The position numbers were made by a program, and so were the translations under genes. Positions 10,578 to 21,175 of a stretch of 64,000 nucleotides of DNA are shown here, in pieces (the first letter of the stretch is position 1; each line of letters begins with the position of its first letter). The notes beneath the pieces are model-generated. The model made no database searches. It was not told where the DNA came from and worked only from the letters and a program-made list of their open reading frames with translations. The stretch is from positions 1 to 64,000 of the forward strand of contig JAPMXV010000060.1 in the NCBI GenBank assembly GCA_026936335.1, read 5' to 3'. The stretch is from Mantamonas sphyraenae STR306 (Eukaryota > Protista > CRuMs).

Positions 10578-12026
10578 ATGCTGATGCTTCCCCCAGAGAA
10601 TACACAGTGGATCCTCCAGCCCATCCAATCCAACAATGCAATGAATCGCTTGCTGCGAAATGCCTCTCCAGAAAAGCTCGCTGCTGACCTGGACGTCATC
10701 GAAAACCTCGTGCTCCACACGTACGACTTCGACACTGAAAACCTGGCCATCCTGTGCAAAGCACTACCCTTGTGCCATTCTCTGCGCTCCCTCACCCTTC
10801 ACGGCGTCGCATTTGGCGATAAAGGGGCGTCTTTGCTCGGCCCCGCCCTCGAGGACTCCACCTCCCTCCTGCGCCTGGACATCAGCTACAACCACATTGG
10901 AGACAAAGGTGCACAGACTTTGGGGCTTGCCCTACAATTGAACCGTGCCCTGCAGGTCCTCAACCTCTGCAACAACGATGTGGCCGACACCAACCAGCTC
11001 GGCTGCGCCCTCACGCTCAACGACACCCTGCAGGTCCTCTACCTCACAAACAACCGCATCTCGGATCAGTGCACGCACGCATTGGGGCAGGGACTGGAGG
11101 TGAACCATGCCCTGCAGGTGTTGAACCTCAACACAAACGAAATCGGCGACGACGGCGCACACGCCCTCGCTTCCGCACTAGCGAACAACAACACTCTGCA
11201 GACGCTCTTCCTCGTCCACAACCGTATCACAGACGCTGGCGCACAGGCACTGGCCCTGGGTCTGGCGCACAACCGCTCGCTCCGAGAGCTCCACCTTCGT
11301 GGCAACAAAATTGGGGATCACGGTGCGCTGGCCCTGGGCCAAGCCCTGACTCAAAACTCTTCCTTGAATCTTCTGGGGCTGCGCAACAACTACATCGGCG
11401 ACGAGGGAGCTCTCGGTTTGGCACAGGGCCTCCTCGCGAATCGCACTCTCCTCAGCCTGGATGCTGGCAAGAACCGCATCCAAGCTTTGGGCGAGGCTGC
11501 CATTGCGCACGCCATGGAGACAAACAGATCCTGCGTCGACCTCTGGTCCCTGCGCTCCGAAGCCGCAGCCGTGCGTGAGTGCATCACCCGCAACAGGACC
11601 CACGCCAGGCGTTTTGTCACTGCTGCGGGTTCAGGCGACACTGATGCCTTGCTGAACCTTTTCGAATGGGGAGTTCCTCCAAACGCATCGTATGGCCGAC
11701 GAACGGCGCTTGGAGCCGCCGTCATCGGCGGCAGCGACGCAATTCTCCGCCTTTTGCGCTCTCATGGCGCTGCCACCCCGCGCGACACGGCAAACATGGC
11801 CCGCAAGCGACCGTGGAAGAAAGCTATGCACTGGATCGGTGCCACCGTCGGCCTCGACCAGGCCATGGAGCTCGCTCTCGTCATCAACGACACCGAGCGC
11901 GAACTCATGTTCGACGCGGGCGGCATGGAAACCTACGTGCCCAGCGCTCTGTGGACCACCATGCCCGACGAAGTCATGGACCGGATCCTCACATCGCTTG
12001 CTAGCTTGCCTCCCACATGGAATTGA
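10578..12026 (+). CDS. LRR + ankyrin + F-box-like protein, paralog 4 (opposite strand, apparently intronless)
   Basis: LRRs; ankyrin-like RTALGAAVIGGSDAILRLLRSHGA; terminal WTTMPDEVMDRILTSL. The start may instead be ATG 10584 or 10641. Confidence 0.85.
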   Translation: MLMLPPENTQWILQPIQSNNAMNRLLRNASPEKLAADLDVIENLVLHTYDFDTENLAILCKALPLCHSLRSLTLHGVAFGDKGASLLGPALEDSTSLLRLDISYNHIGDKGAQTLGLALQLNRALQVLNLCNNDVADTNQLGCALTLNDTLQVLYLTNNRISDQCTHALGQGLEVNHALQVLNLNTNEIGDDGAHALASALANNNTLQTLFLVHNRITDAGAQALALGLAHNRSLRELHLRGNKIGDHGALALGQALTQNSSLNLLGLRNNYIGDEGALGLAQGLLANRTLLSLDAGKNRIQALGEAAIAHAMETNRSCVDLWSLRSEAAAVRECITRNRTHARRFVTAAGSGDTDALLNLFEWGVPPNASYGRRTALGAAVIGGSDAILRLLRSHGAATPRDTANMARKRPWKKAMHWIGATVGLDQAMELALVINDTERELMFDAGGMETYVPSALWTTMPDEVMDRILTSLASLPPTWN

Positions 12027-12033
12027 CCTTTTC

Positions 12034-14827
12034 TTATTTGCTGCCGCTTTGCTGCACATTTTGCTCCAGCAATCCAACGCGCTCCTCCTCTTTGTCTCCC
12101 TTGACCAGTCCCACACGCCCGTACTGCAAGCACACCACCGCAGACACGCTGAGAAACAGAAGCCAGCTCAGCAGACCCACAATCCACACGCCCACAAGCT
12201 CATAGTCTCGCACCTGCAGCACCTTGGTTGCAAACACCCCAAAGTTCAGCAGCTCGGGGTACGGATTCTCCGGGTTCACCAGCAGATTCTGCGCCACACG
12301 GAAGTTCAGGCTGCCCAAGCCACCCACAGGATCCCACGAGTCCCCTCGAGTGGCATTGAAGCCGACCCCGCAGCACGGCACGGGCTTGGTGGGCGTCGCT
12401 CGGATTCCGCACCGCGTGTTGCCGTACGAGATGGACCGCGTCAGCTCCCTGTGCTTTGCCCATGTCTGATACAGCCACGGGTTCACGAACCCAAACACGG
12501 GCTGGCCCAGCTGCATGCGCACGTCGTTCAGCAGCGCGAGTTTCGCGGCCACAATCGGGGCGCTCGCGCTTGTCCCGTCGTACAAGAAGAAGAAGCTGCC
12601 ACTGACGTCCGCGTTCGACCCCAGTTGTTTCTTCCGTGGCAGGTACACAGGAACGTTGTGTCCAATTGCCGTCACGTCGGGGTATCCTCGTCCGTCCGTT
12701 TTGAACTGGCTCCGTGCCGGCAGGTTCCCCTGCGCCTCCGCCACTCGGAAGTACTCTTCCAGCGCAGCCTTTTGGTGCTCTAGCACCGGTTCATGCGCAA
12801 ACCCGCCTCCCGTAGTGATTTTCGACCCCGTCTCAGAGCTCGCCCCAATCTCCTGCACAGGACACTTGATCCGCAGGCCGTTCATCGCTACCCCGTCACA
12901 CATATCACTGTGCCTGTCGCTCAGCTGCGTCGCACCCACGCTCAGCACGTACGCGCTGCCCGCCGGCCACTGTGGGTAGAAGCCACACTTGGACGGATTC
13001 ACACGCAGCAGCCTGCCCGACGACCCGTCATCTCCCGACGACACCACCAGCGTCATACCGCGCAACCCTACCTTTTTAAACTCATTGTTGCCCTTGTCGA
13101 TGTACGCGCGCGGGAATCGCTCGTAGTCCACGCCGTAGCTCACGCTGTGCACCTGCGCTGCGTTCTTGTCTGCGTTCAGCTTCACTGCCCACTCGTAGAA
13201 CGGCACCCCGCTGCCCATCAACCAAAACTGGACCGTCGCATTGCGTGCCAGTGCCACGTAGTCAATGTCCAGCGAGCTCTCCTTGCCCGGGCTTGCCGGG
13301 TCGTTCTTCAGGTCTCCCAGCACCTCCACCTTTTTGGGCAGCGGTTCTCCGTTCTCTGCCAGAAACCCGTGCAGATCGTCGATGCTCAGCGACTGGCTGG
13401 CACCAAATTCCACAACTGCCACCTTGCTGCGCTCGTCCACAGTCCGTGTCCCATGCGGCACATTGTACAGCTCACGTAGCACACGAGGGCCCACTACCGG
13501 TCCTCCTGACACGGGCTTGGCGTACGTGTACGCCGCACTTGTCGTACCACTCGCAAACTTGCTCTCTGCAGAGAACGAGTACATCACGTAGTTGGGAAAG
13601 CCGTCAAACGCCTCGTTGCGGAACGGCACAAAGCAGCCTACTCCCTTCTCCGTGTCGTCCCAGCACTCGCACAACGACGTACTGATTTCCTCCTGCACAA
13701 TCGGATACCTGAACTCTGGCTGCTGCGGGTCCTGCGGCTGTGCCCTGATGACCAGAGTCTTCAGCACGTCGTTCTGGTCACGGCACGGCTCCTTCACGTT
13801 GTGTGTGACTTGGCCGTTTGCACACGTTAGTGATACTTGCACTGCAAACTGCCGGTCGCCCGTCACAACCACCTCGATCTTGTCTTGCACAGCGCCGTCT
13901 CCGTCGTAGTCCTCGACTTCATCGGCGGCCACAAAATGCCCACCAGACGGGTGCAGGTGGTACGGCTTGTCCGACGGCTCGTCCGACACCCCGGTCACCA
14001 GTTCCACATGTCCACGCAGCGACATAGGAACGCTGTGGTGTTCTGTCGCTCGATGCGTCACCGCGCCCGTCAGCCTGTGCTGGAACCGCTGCATGCGTAC
14101 CCCAAACAGCCGGTTGGCCTGAGCAGTCGTCATCTTCACGCGCAGGTGGTCCTCGTTTCCTTCCAGTGCCATGTCTGCGTCATGCACGTCCCCTTCGCTG
14201 CGCAGCCAGCTCTTGACCGCCTCCACCGTCTCTGCAGGGGATGCCACCAACGCCGTCAGCGCATCCACGTCCAGATACTTGCCGTATTGTGGCGACTGCG
14301 GATTCGTCACCTCGTGAAACAGCCGCTGTGGACCGTGAGTGCGGTGTGTGTGAGTTTGCCGACCGCCCCTCCCACAGCCCCTCTGGCCCCCGTTCTGCGC
14401 ATCCCCTCCCGCCCAGACCACAGTACACCCATACACGATGTACGCGTGTCCGCGTGTCGACGCGTAGGCTTTGACACTGCCTGTGCATCGTGCGCAACAA
14501 CAAGAACGCGGCCTGGGTTTTGGCTGCTGCAATCCCTACTGTGCGCCCACACACTCTGTGGCCCTACGCACGTGCGCGCCACGTATGAACACTCACATCC
14601 ACATGGTCCATGTTCCGCTGCTTCATGGCAATCAGAGGACGCACTACTGCGTCTGCCTCTGCATCCCCCACTAGCTGCCAGTGTGTGGCATACTCTGCAT
14701 CCCCGTGCCACCAGACACGGCCCTGTCGTCCGTCCGGGTAAAACCGGTCCACATCACACACGCCACCGCATACGGCCACTCCCAGCAGCACAGCCAGCCA
14801 CAGGGCGTATCGTTCCCTCGTGTGCAT
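12034..14827 (-). CDS. Sedolisin/tripeptidyl-peptidase-1-like serine protease (S53) with prodomain, inserted domain and C-terminal TM helix
   Basis: Signal peptide; pro-kumamolisin motif EVTNPQSPQYGKYL; catalytic ESSLD, SSGDDG, GTSAS; RGYPDV and WDPVGGLGSLNF. Intron 14326-14596. TM helix followed by EEERVGLL dileucine. Confidence 0.9.
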
Positions 14828-14904
14828 TCGACTTTGAAGCGCCCGGGCAAATCCCACCCCTTCAGTACATTCTGCCCTCCACACACACACCCTTCTGCTC
14901 ATCC

Positions 14905-17900
14905 TCACCCCTTGTTCACTTGCGTGTCTGCGGGAAGGCCTGCACCGACGTCCACCTTCATCACCTTGCCCTTGCCCTTGCCCGTCACCACTTCCTCGTC
15001 CGCAAGCTCCATTTCGTTCTTTGTGAATTCCATTTCCATATACTTGCCCGACTTGATGGCCACCTTGATTTGCTCTTCGAAGCGCAGTTCCAACTCTGCC
15101 CCGTTCTTCCGCTGCGCGTACAAGTCCTTCATGAACGTCAGCAGAATCGTCTTTTTGTCCACCTCAAACACATAGTCGTACTCCTTGGGCACGTGCACCA
15201 CCATAAAGTTGTCTGCATACTTGGACAGCGACACAGCCGAGATGTCCTCCAGTCGAATGCGCCGCTTCACCTCGTACATCAGCCCGGGCTTCTTCTTTGG
15301 TGGCTTCTTCAGCTCCTCCTGCACAGTGTGCCAAGGGTTCACCAACCGTGCAGTGTGAGTGTATGATCATCTCCCAGCTCTCTCTCACAGCTCTCTCACA
15401 CACACACTACTTACCAAATTGTAAAGCGCAAGGTCGGTGAGCATCAACACGCGCTCCTGGCTCTTCATCTTGCGGTTGACCTTGTTGACGTGGTCGCTGA
15501 AAAACACCACGCTGTCTCCGTGCTCCTTGAGAATGTACTGCTTGACCGGTTCGTTGCTTTCCATCGACTTGAAGTCGCCAAAAAAGGTCTTTTGGTAGAC
15601 GCTCTGCACGCGGCGCTCCTTGCGCGACGAAAAGATGTCCTTGCTCTTCTCCTTGAGCTTGCGCAGGTAGAGGCGTGCGAGAAAGACCCGAAAGTTTCGC
15701 TGGATGCAGCGCGCGGCCTGGGTGCGCAGGTACCACTTGCGCCAGTAGAAGCAGCGGAAGGTCTTGGAGATGAGCGTCTGCAGGTCATGCATGCGCGCCT
15801 CCCGGTCCTTCTCCAGGTAGAAAAGCGTTTCCGGGTTGCGAATAAACATCTTTGTGCGTCCAAACTGAAAGTGGTCCGACTGCGTGTTGAAGTTGTGGTG
15901 AGCCATGATCTTGCCCGCGCTCTCCTGTGCATCGTACCCCTTGTGCGGCCACGTAGCCGGGCAGGTCATGTAGAAGCGACGCACAAAACGATCGTACAAG
16001 GCCCGGTAGCAGTAGCCAGCGCGACGGACGCGCACGTTCTCCAAAAGACCCAAGTAGCGAACCTGCTTGGACACAATGTCCTCCTCGTAGCGCCGTGGCG
16101 CCTTGTCGTCATTGGGCTTAAGGCAGCGCACGTAATGGGGCTCGCACGAGTAGATGCTCTCCAGCAGCTCGCTGACCTGCGTGCGAAACTGCGAGCTCGC
16201 GGTCTCGGGCCGCTTGGCCTTGCCTCCAAACGCGCCGGCCTTCTTCTTGGGCTGCGGCGGCTCTGCAAAGAGCACGGACAGGAGTGGGTTCATGCCGGCG
16301 CACAGCATGGCGCGCAGGTCTTCAAAGAACTGATCGCGGTTCTTGTCCAAGAAGCCGTCGACCTCGTAGCGCACGGCGCCGGCGTAATGCTGCACCTCAA
16401 ACACGCCCTTGTCAAATGCCACCTCGTCGTAGTAGTCGTTGCCAGCGAGCACGCCGTTCATCTTGTCCAAGTAGGTTGCGTCTGTGCCCTTGGGCATGAG
16501 GCACTCTTCGTCCAGCAGTCGCAGGACGCCCATCTTTCCCTCGATAAGCTGCACACAGCCGCGGTTGTCCACATACGACACCTCGTCCCAGGTGATACCT
16601 TCCGCCAGATACTCCTCCTGCTCGGTCTTGAGCGTGAGCTCGATGAACGTCTGCTGCAGGGTCTCGTTTACGTAGTTGATGCACAGCTGCTCGAACGAGT
16701 TGACCTGGAAGATCTCAAAGCCGTAGATGTCGAGGACGCCGAGGTTGAGCAGCTTGTCTGTGCGGTAGGAGCTCCACGACGCCTGCGTGTTGCCGTTGTT
16801 GCCAAGGGACGAAGAGGACGAAGAGGACGACGAGGACGAGGACGAGGCGCCAGATGACGACTGCATGCGCTCGGGGCTCATGAGCTCGTTGACCTTTTTC
16901 ACAAGCCAGGAAAACATGCGCGAGTAGAGCGCCTTGGCGGTTGCGTCGCGGATGTACTCGGCCTGCTCGACAGTCTGGGGGGAGGAGTAGACCGAGCCGC
17001 GTCCGCCTGCGCTGACTGTGCGGTGGGTGAGTCCATGGGCCATGGAGCTGGTGTCGAGTCCCATCATCTCACAGGAGGCCTCGAGATCCTCGGTGGAGGC
17101 GACCTGGGCGTACCCGTCCTTGTTCTCTTTGAAATCGACGTTGCCGAGGTGGAGGATGGCGGCAAGGAGGCAAAACACCTGGCGTTGCTCCTCGACAGTG
17201 ATGCCGATGACAGACATGGCGTGCTTCGTCTCTGACCACTCGGCCGCGTCGTTCATGCGATCGACGGTGTAGCAGCCGCTCTGGTTGAGGTAGCGAAAGT
17301 ATTCGGGAGGCGCGAGACGGAAAGCAGCCTTCTCCTCAGAGGTGGAGCCGGCGAGGAGCTGGTAGAAGACGTGAAAGTTGCGCTCGTTGGAAATCTGGGT
17401 GACAACGCGCGACTTTTCCAACAGGTAGTTTGTGATGCGGCCTCCGATGGGCACACCAAGCGGAGTAAACATGATTTGCATGTACTTGCCCTGCGAGAGA
17501 GGTGCAGCAGTGGTGAGCAAGTAAGCACGGCGCGAGAGAGTGCAAGGCCGCACGGAACGGTGCGAAGCATGCCACGGGAAGGAAGGAGAAACTCACGAAT
17601 CGAGAAGAGTTGTTGTTGCGCAGGGTCTTTGCGTTGCCAAAGGCCTCGAGGAGAGGGTTGCTCTCGAGGATCTTTTCTTTGACGCTTTCGACCGAGCCGC
17701 CCGAGCCGGACACGGCAGCGACGTAGCGCATGATGAGCTTGGAGGCCTCTGTTTTGCCAGCGCCAGATTCACCTGTGCGAGAGTGGGCGAAAAGGAAGGA
17801 AAAGGGGGTGTATGGTGTGAGGACGGGCCAGCGACGCGGAGAGGGTCATCGAGGCATCGAAAGTACAAAAAAGGCGTGACGGAAGGCGAGGGAGAACGCA

Positions 17901-18332
17901 CCAGAGATGATGACACACTGGTTGATGCGCTCGGAGACGAGAGCGCGGTAGGCAGTCTCGGCGAGGGCATAGATGTGGGGCGGCTGCTCATACGGGTGGC
18001 TGTTCTGGTACTGACGAACAACGGACGGCCCATCGTTGCCTATGGGGCGAAACGGGTTGACAGACAGCAGTACGGCGCCAATGTTTGTCTGCAAGGGTAT
18101 GTCGAAGCAACACGGGTGGACGGGTGCGGTCAGCAGGGCAACTGGGCAGGGCAGGGGCGATTGGGGCAGGGGAGGGAAGGGGAAGGAAGAGGTGAAAATG
18201 GAGGGTGGAGGCAGGGGTGGGAGAACGCACGTAGATGAGGTCCTTGTTGTAGCGCGCACGAAGCGTGTCAACAATGCTATCCTCTGAGATCTGTGTGAGG
18301 AGGACAAGGTCCCCGATGACGTCTGTGGACAT
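14905..18332 (-). CDS. Class I myosin (motor, IQ, TH1 tail), multi-exon
   Basis: Motifs LSVNPF, PPHIYA, split [39 protein letters not shown] and [11 protein letters not shown]; IQ motifs; TH1 [25 protein letters not shown] at 18332. Confidence 0.95.
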
Positions 18333-18396
18333 GGGAGGCGGTCGACGAAAAGTGTGGGTGTTTTGGCGAAGACGGTGCGGCCGCGGAAGCAATGCG

Positions 18397-18717
18397 ATGA
18401 GCGAGGCTGGGACGACGTATGCGGCGATAGCAGGGGTGGTGGACGAAGTACCGCTGACAGAGGCCAAGAACGCGCAGCTGAAGACGTTCAAGACGCTGCA
18501 GCAGGCGCAGCAAACGCTGGAGGCGTTCAACACACACAGCGCAGAACAGTACAACGAGATAGCGGTGGAGTTTGCGCAGAACACAAAGATGCTCCAGGGA
18601 ATGCGCAGTGATCTGGAGAATGTGACCAAGCGCATTGCCAAGCTGAAGACGGTGATTGCGGAAAGGTGGCCCGAGACGGCCGAGCTGTTCCAGGAGCACG
18701 CTGTAGAGGAGGAGTGA
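18397..18717 (+). CDS. KXD1: KxDL-domain protein (BORC/BLOC-related)
   Basis: 106-aa coiled-coil protein with FAQNTKMLQGMRSDLENVTKRIAKLK...RWPE, matching the KxDL family pattern. Confidence 0.75.
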   Translation: MSEAGTTYAAIAGVVDEVPLTEAKNAQLKTFKTLQQAQQTLEAFNTHSAEQYNEIAVEFAQNTKMLQGMRSDLENVTKRIAKLKTVIAERWPETAELFQEHAVEEE

Positions 18718-18985
18718 GGCCACTTGGGCACACAAAGGTAAAGAGTGAATGAAGCACATATTGAATGGGGTTTGGGAGTGTCCTGGGTGAGGGAACGGAG
18801 TGGGAGTGGGAGTGGGGAGGGAAAGAGGACACAGAGAGTGGGACGGAACGGGAGAGAGCGGGAGCGGAGTCGGAGGGGGGATGGAGGGAGGGAAAGGGAG
18901 GTGGAGGGTTGGAGGACGATGGGAGGGAGGGTGAAGAGAGGTAGGGATCGCAAAAAAAAAAATGGAAAGGGCAAAAAGAAGCGAT

Positions 18986-19072
18986 TCCGGGCACCCGGAT
19001 TTGAACCAGGGACCAATCGATTAATGCTAGTACTTCTACAGTCGACCGCTCTACCAACTGAGCTATGCCCGG
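18986..19072 (-). tRNA. tRNA-Tyr (GTA) with 14-nt intron
   Basis: Acceptor CCGGGCA/TGCCCGG-A, D arm TAGCTCAGTTGGTAGAGC, anticodon GTA, intron after position 37, T loop TTCAAAT; followed by a T-run terminator. Confidence 0.95.
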
Positions 19073-19484
19073 GGGAATCGAGACTACTGAGGCTGTTTCG
19101 CTGTACACAGTTGCACCGCACAGCCATGCCATGCCGGTGTTGCGACCGACAGGTTCTGTAACCCCGGTGTGCGTGGGGCCGGATGGCGCAGGATGGCGCA
19201 GGATGACCGGGCGGGGGTCAGACATGGCGTGCTGCGTGGTGTTTGGTCCTGTGCATGTCTGCCTGCTGGGCGACATGGAGATCCAGGCCACGGAGAGAGT
19301 GGGAGCGGCCGCGAGATTGAGGCAGCAGCCAATGCATGCACAGTCCACACACACACACACACAAAGGGACGGGACGGGGGGGGAGGTATCATCACATCAT
19401 CACCTGCACGGCACTCTCCAGAGGCAAGCACATGGCCAGAACCAGAGCGAAAAAGAACAGACCACACAAAAAAAGAAACCAAAT

Positions 19485-19557
19485 CTCTCCCGGGCGGGCT
19501 CGAACCGCCAACCTACAGATTAACAGTCTGACGCGCTGCCAATTGCGCCACGGAAGA
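19485..19557 (-). tRNA. tRNA-Asn (GTT)
   Basis: 73-nt cloverleaf: TCTTCCG/CGGGAGA-G acceptor, CT-GTT-AA loop, GGTTCGAGCC T arm. Confidence 0.95.
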
Positions 19558-19722
19558 AGAGACTAACTACAGGTTTCTGTCTGTACCGAGCTGCAATCAC
19601 GCTTTGCAACCTTGCTCTCAGCATCTGTGCAACCTGTCTTGCGACCTACGTGTATTCCCGTTCCACCCCACATGTGTCTCCTTCGCATCCCTCCTTTCGC
19701 CAGATGCCTCCCACATCGCTCG

Positions 19723-19875
19723 TTACGACGACCCGAGCACGCGCTCCACTTGGGTTGTGGCATCCTTGAGCTGGTTGAGCAGATCTTGCATCTGGTCGAC
19801 CGAGCACGCAAACTGCAGCTCTTGCGTCTGGCCGTCGTCGCCAGCCAGGTCCAGTTGCAGCATGAACGTCGGAGC
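19723..19875 (-). pseudogene. 5'-truncated duplicate of the COMMD3 3' end
   Basis: Encodes APTFMLQLDL...VERVLGSS-stop and matches 24112-24264 apart from one synonymous change; upstream sequence is unrelated. Confidence 0.85.
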
Positions 19876-20191
19876 GTTTGCACGTCAGGCAACCATCCAT
19901 CAAGCTATTCCTGCACTCGTCATCGTTCAGCCGTTTCTGCCATGCTCACTCCGTTTCCGTGAAAGCGTCTCCGGTCACGCGGAGAAAGGTCGAGATCTTT
20001 CATCGTCCAGGTTCACTAGACGCGCGGTTCCCACGTCGTACGTGCGGCATGCATCTCTTGTGCCACGTTGCACCGTCATTACGCGGTCCATTCCAGATGA
20101 CCGCAGAGCAAGGTTCAAAAGCAAGTTTGGCGGCGTCCCGTCCACGCAACCAAGTTTTCCAACAAAACAACACACACACACACAAACACAA

Positions 20192-21091
20192 ATGAGCAAC
20201 CTCTTTGGATTCTCAAACTTGTTTGGCGGCGGCGGCGGTGGCGGCGGCTGGGCGAAGCCGCCTGAAAGCCACAAGGTGGTGGAGATTGAGGACGTGGATG
20301 AGTTCAAGGACGAGCTGAAGGACAACTCGCTGATCTTGATCGATTTTCACGCAGAGTGGTGTGGACCGTGCCAAATGATCAAGCCGGTGGTGCAAAACAT
20401 GAGCAATGAGTACACCAACGTGCGCTTCCTGGCCGTCGACGTGGACGAGCAACAAGAAATCGCCGCCCAGTTCCGCGTGCGCGCCATGCCCACGTTTGTC
20501 TTTATCAAGGACATGAAGCTGGTGGACATGATGAAAGGCGCCGACCCAGAGGGTCTCGAGTCGATGGTCGTCAAGAACGGCGGCGTCAAGGGTGGCAGCA
20601 AGTCGGACGGAAAATTCGGGGACACGTCCGGAGGTCACCGTCTCGGCAGCTCCAACGACGACAACGAAGAGGAACAGCTTCCGTTTGTGGACGAGCTCGT
20701 GGGCATGGGCTACAACAAGGCATACGCCATCAAGGCTGTCAAGGCCACAGGCGAGGAGTCCCTGCAAAAGGCCATCGACTGGACCCTCAGCAATCCCGAC
20801 ACGGGCGCAAGCACTCAGGACGAGAATCTGGACAAGGACACCAGTCTCTCGGGTGACGAGTGCATCATCAAGATTCGCTTGTCCTCAGGTGACGTTGTGA
20901 CGCCGCCCAAGCTCACATCAAACACAACCCTCGCTGAAGTGCGTGAATGGGTTGAGGCCAACACGAGCGAATCGGGCATCCGCCTGATGTCTACCTTTCC
21001 AAAGAAGAAGTACAGTGGCGACGACGAGCAGCTGACCCTCGAGCAGGCTGATTTGGCCCCCCGTGGTGAGCTTGTTGTCACAAAGGAATGA
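20192..21091 (+). CDS. Thioredoxin-UBA-UBX fusion protein
   Basis: DFHAEWCGPC thioredoxin; UBA LVGMGY...AIKAV...AIDW; UBX CIIKIRLSSG...LMSTFPKKKY...TLEQADLAP. ATG 20192. Confidence 0.9.
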   Translation: MSNLFGFSNLFGGGGGGGGWAKPPESHKVVEIEDVDEFKDELKDNSLILIDFHAEWCGPCQMIKPVVQNMSNEYTNVRFLAVDVDEQQEIAAQFRVRAMPTFVFIKDMKLVDMMKGADPEGLESMVVKNGGVKGGSKSDGKFGDTSGGHRLGSSNDDNEEEQLPFVDELVGMGYNKAYAIKAVKATGEESLQKAIDWTLSNPDTGASTQDENLDKDTSLSGDECIIKIRLSSGDVVTPPKLTSNTTLAEVREWVEANTSESGIRLMSTFPKKKYSGDDEQLTLEQADLAPRGELVVTKE

Positions 21092-21175
21092 ACATATCAA
21101 TACGGAGTGCATCTGAGCAAATCTCGAAGCCAGACGCAAGAAAATACTGTAGCAATTCCACTTCCCTTCATTTGC

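Larger units (their letters stand above)
18700..19875. repeat. Inverted repeat, left arm (~1176 bp)
   Basis: Reverse complement of 24112-25287; contains the KXD1 last codons, tRNA-Tyr, tRNA-Asn and a COMMD3 3' fragment. Confidence 0.97.

Noticed and set aside
4026-12026. Canonical NLR immune receptors
   Set aside because: The LRRs are NLRC3-like, but no NACHT/NB-ARC P-loop domain is present.
19604-20191. N-terminal extension of the thioredoxin ORF
   Set aside because: TTG-initiated read-through across the repeat arm; ATG 20192 after an AC-rich leader is the plausible start.
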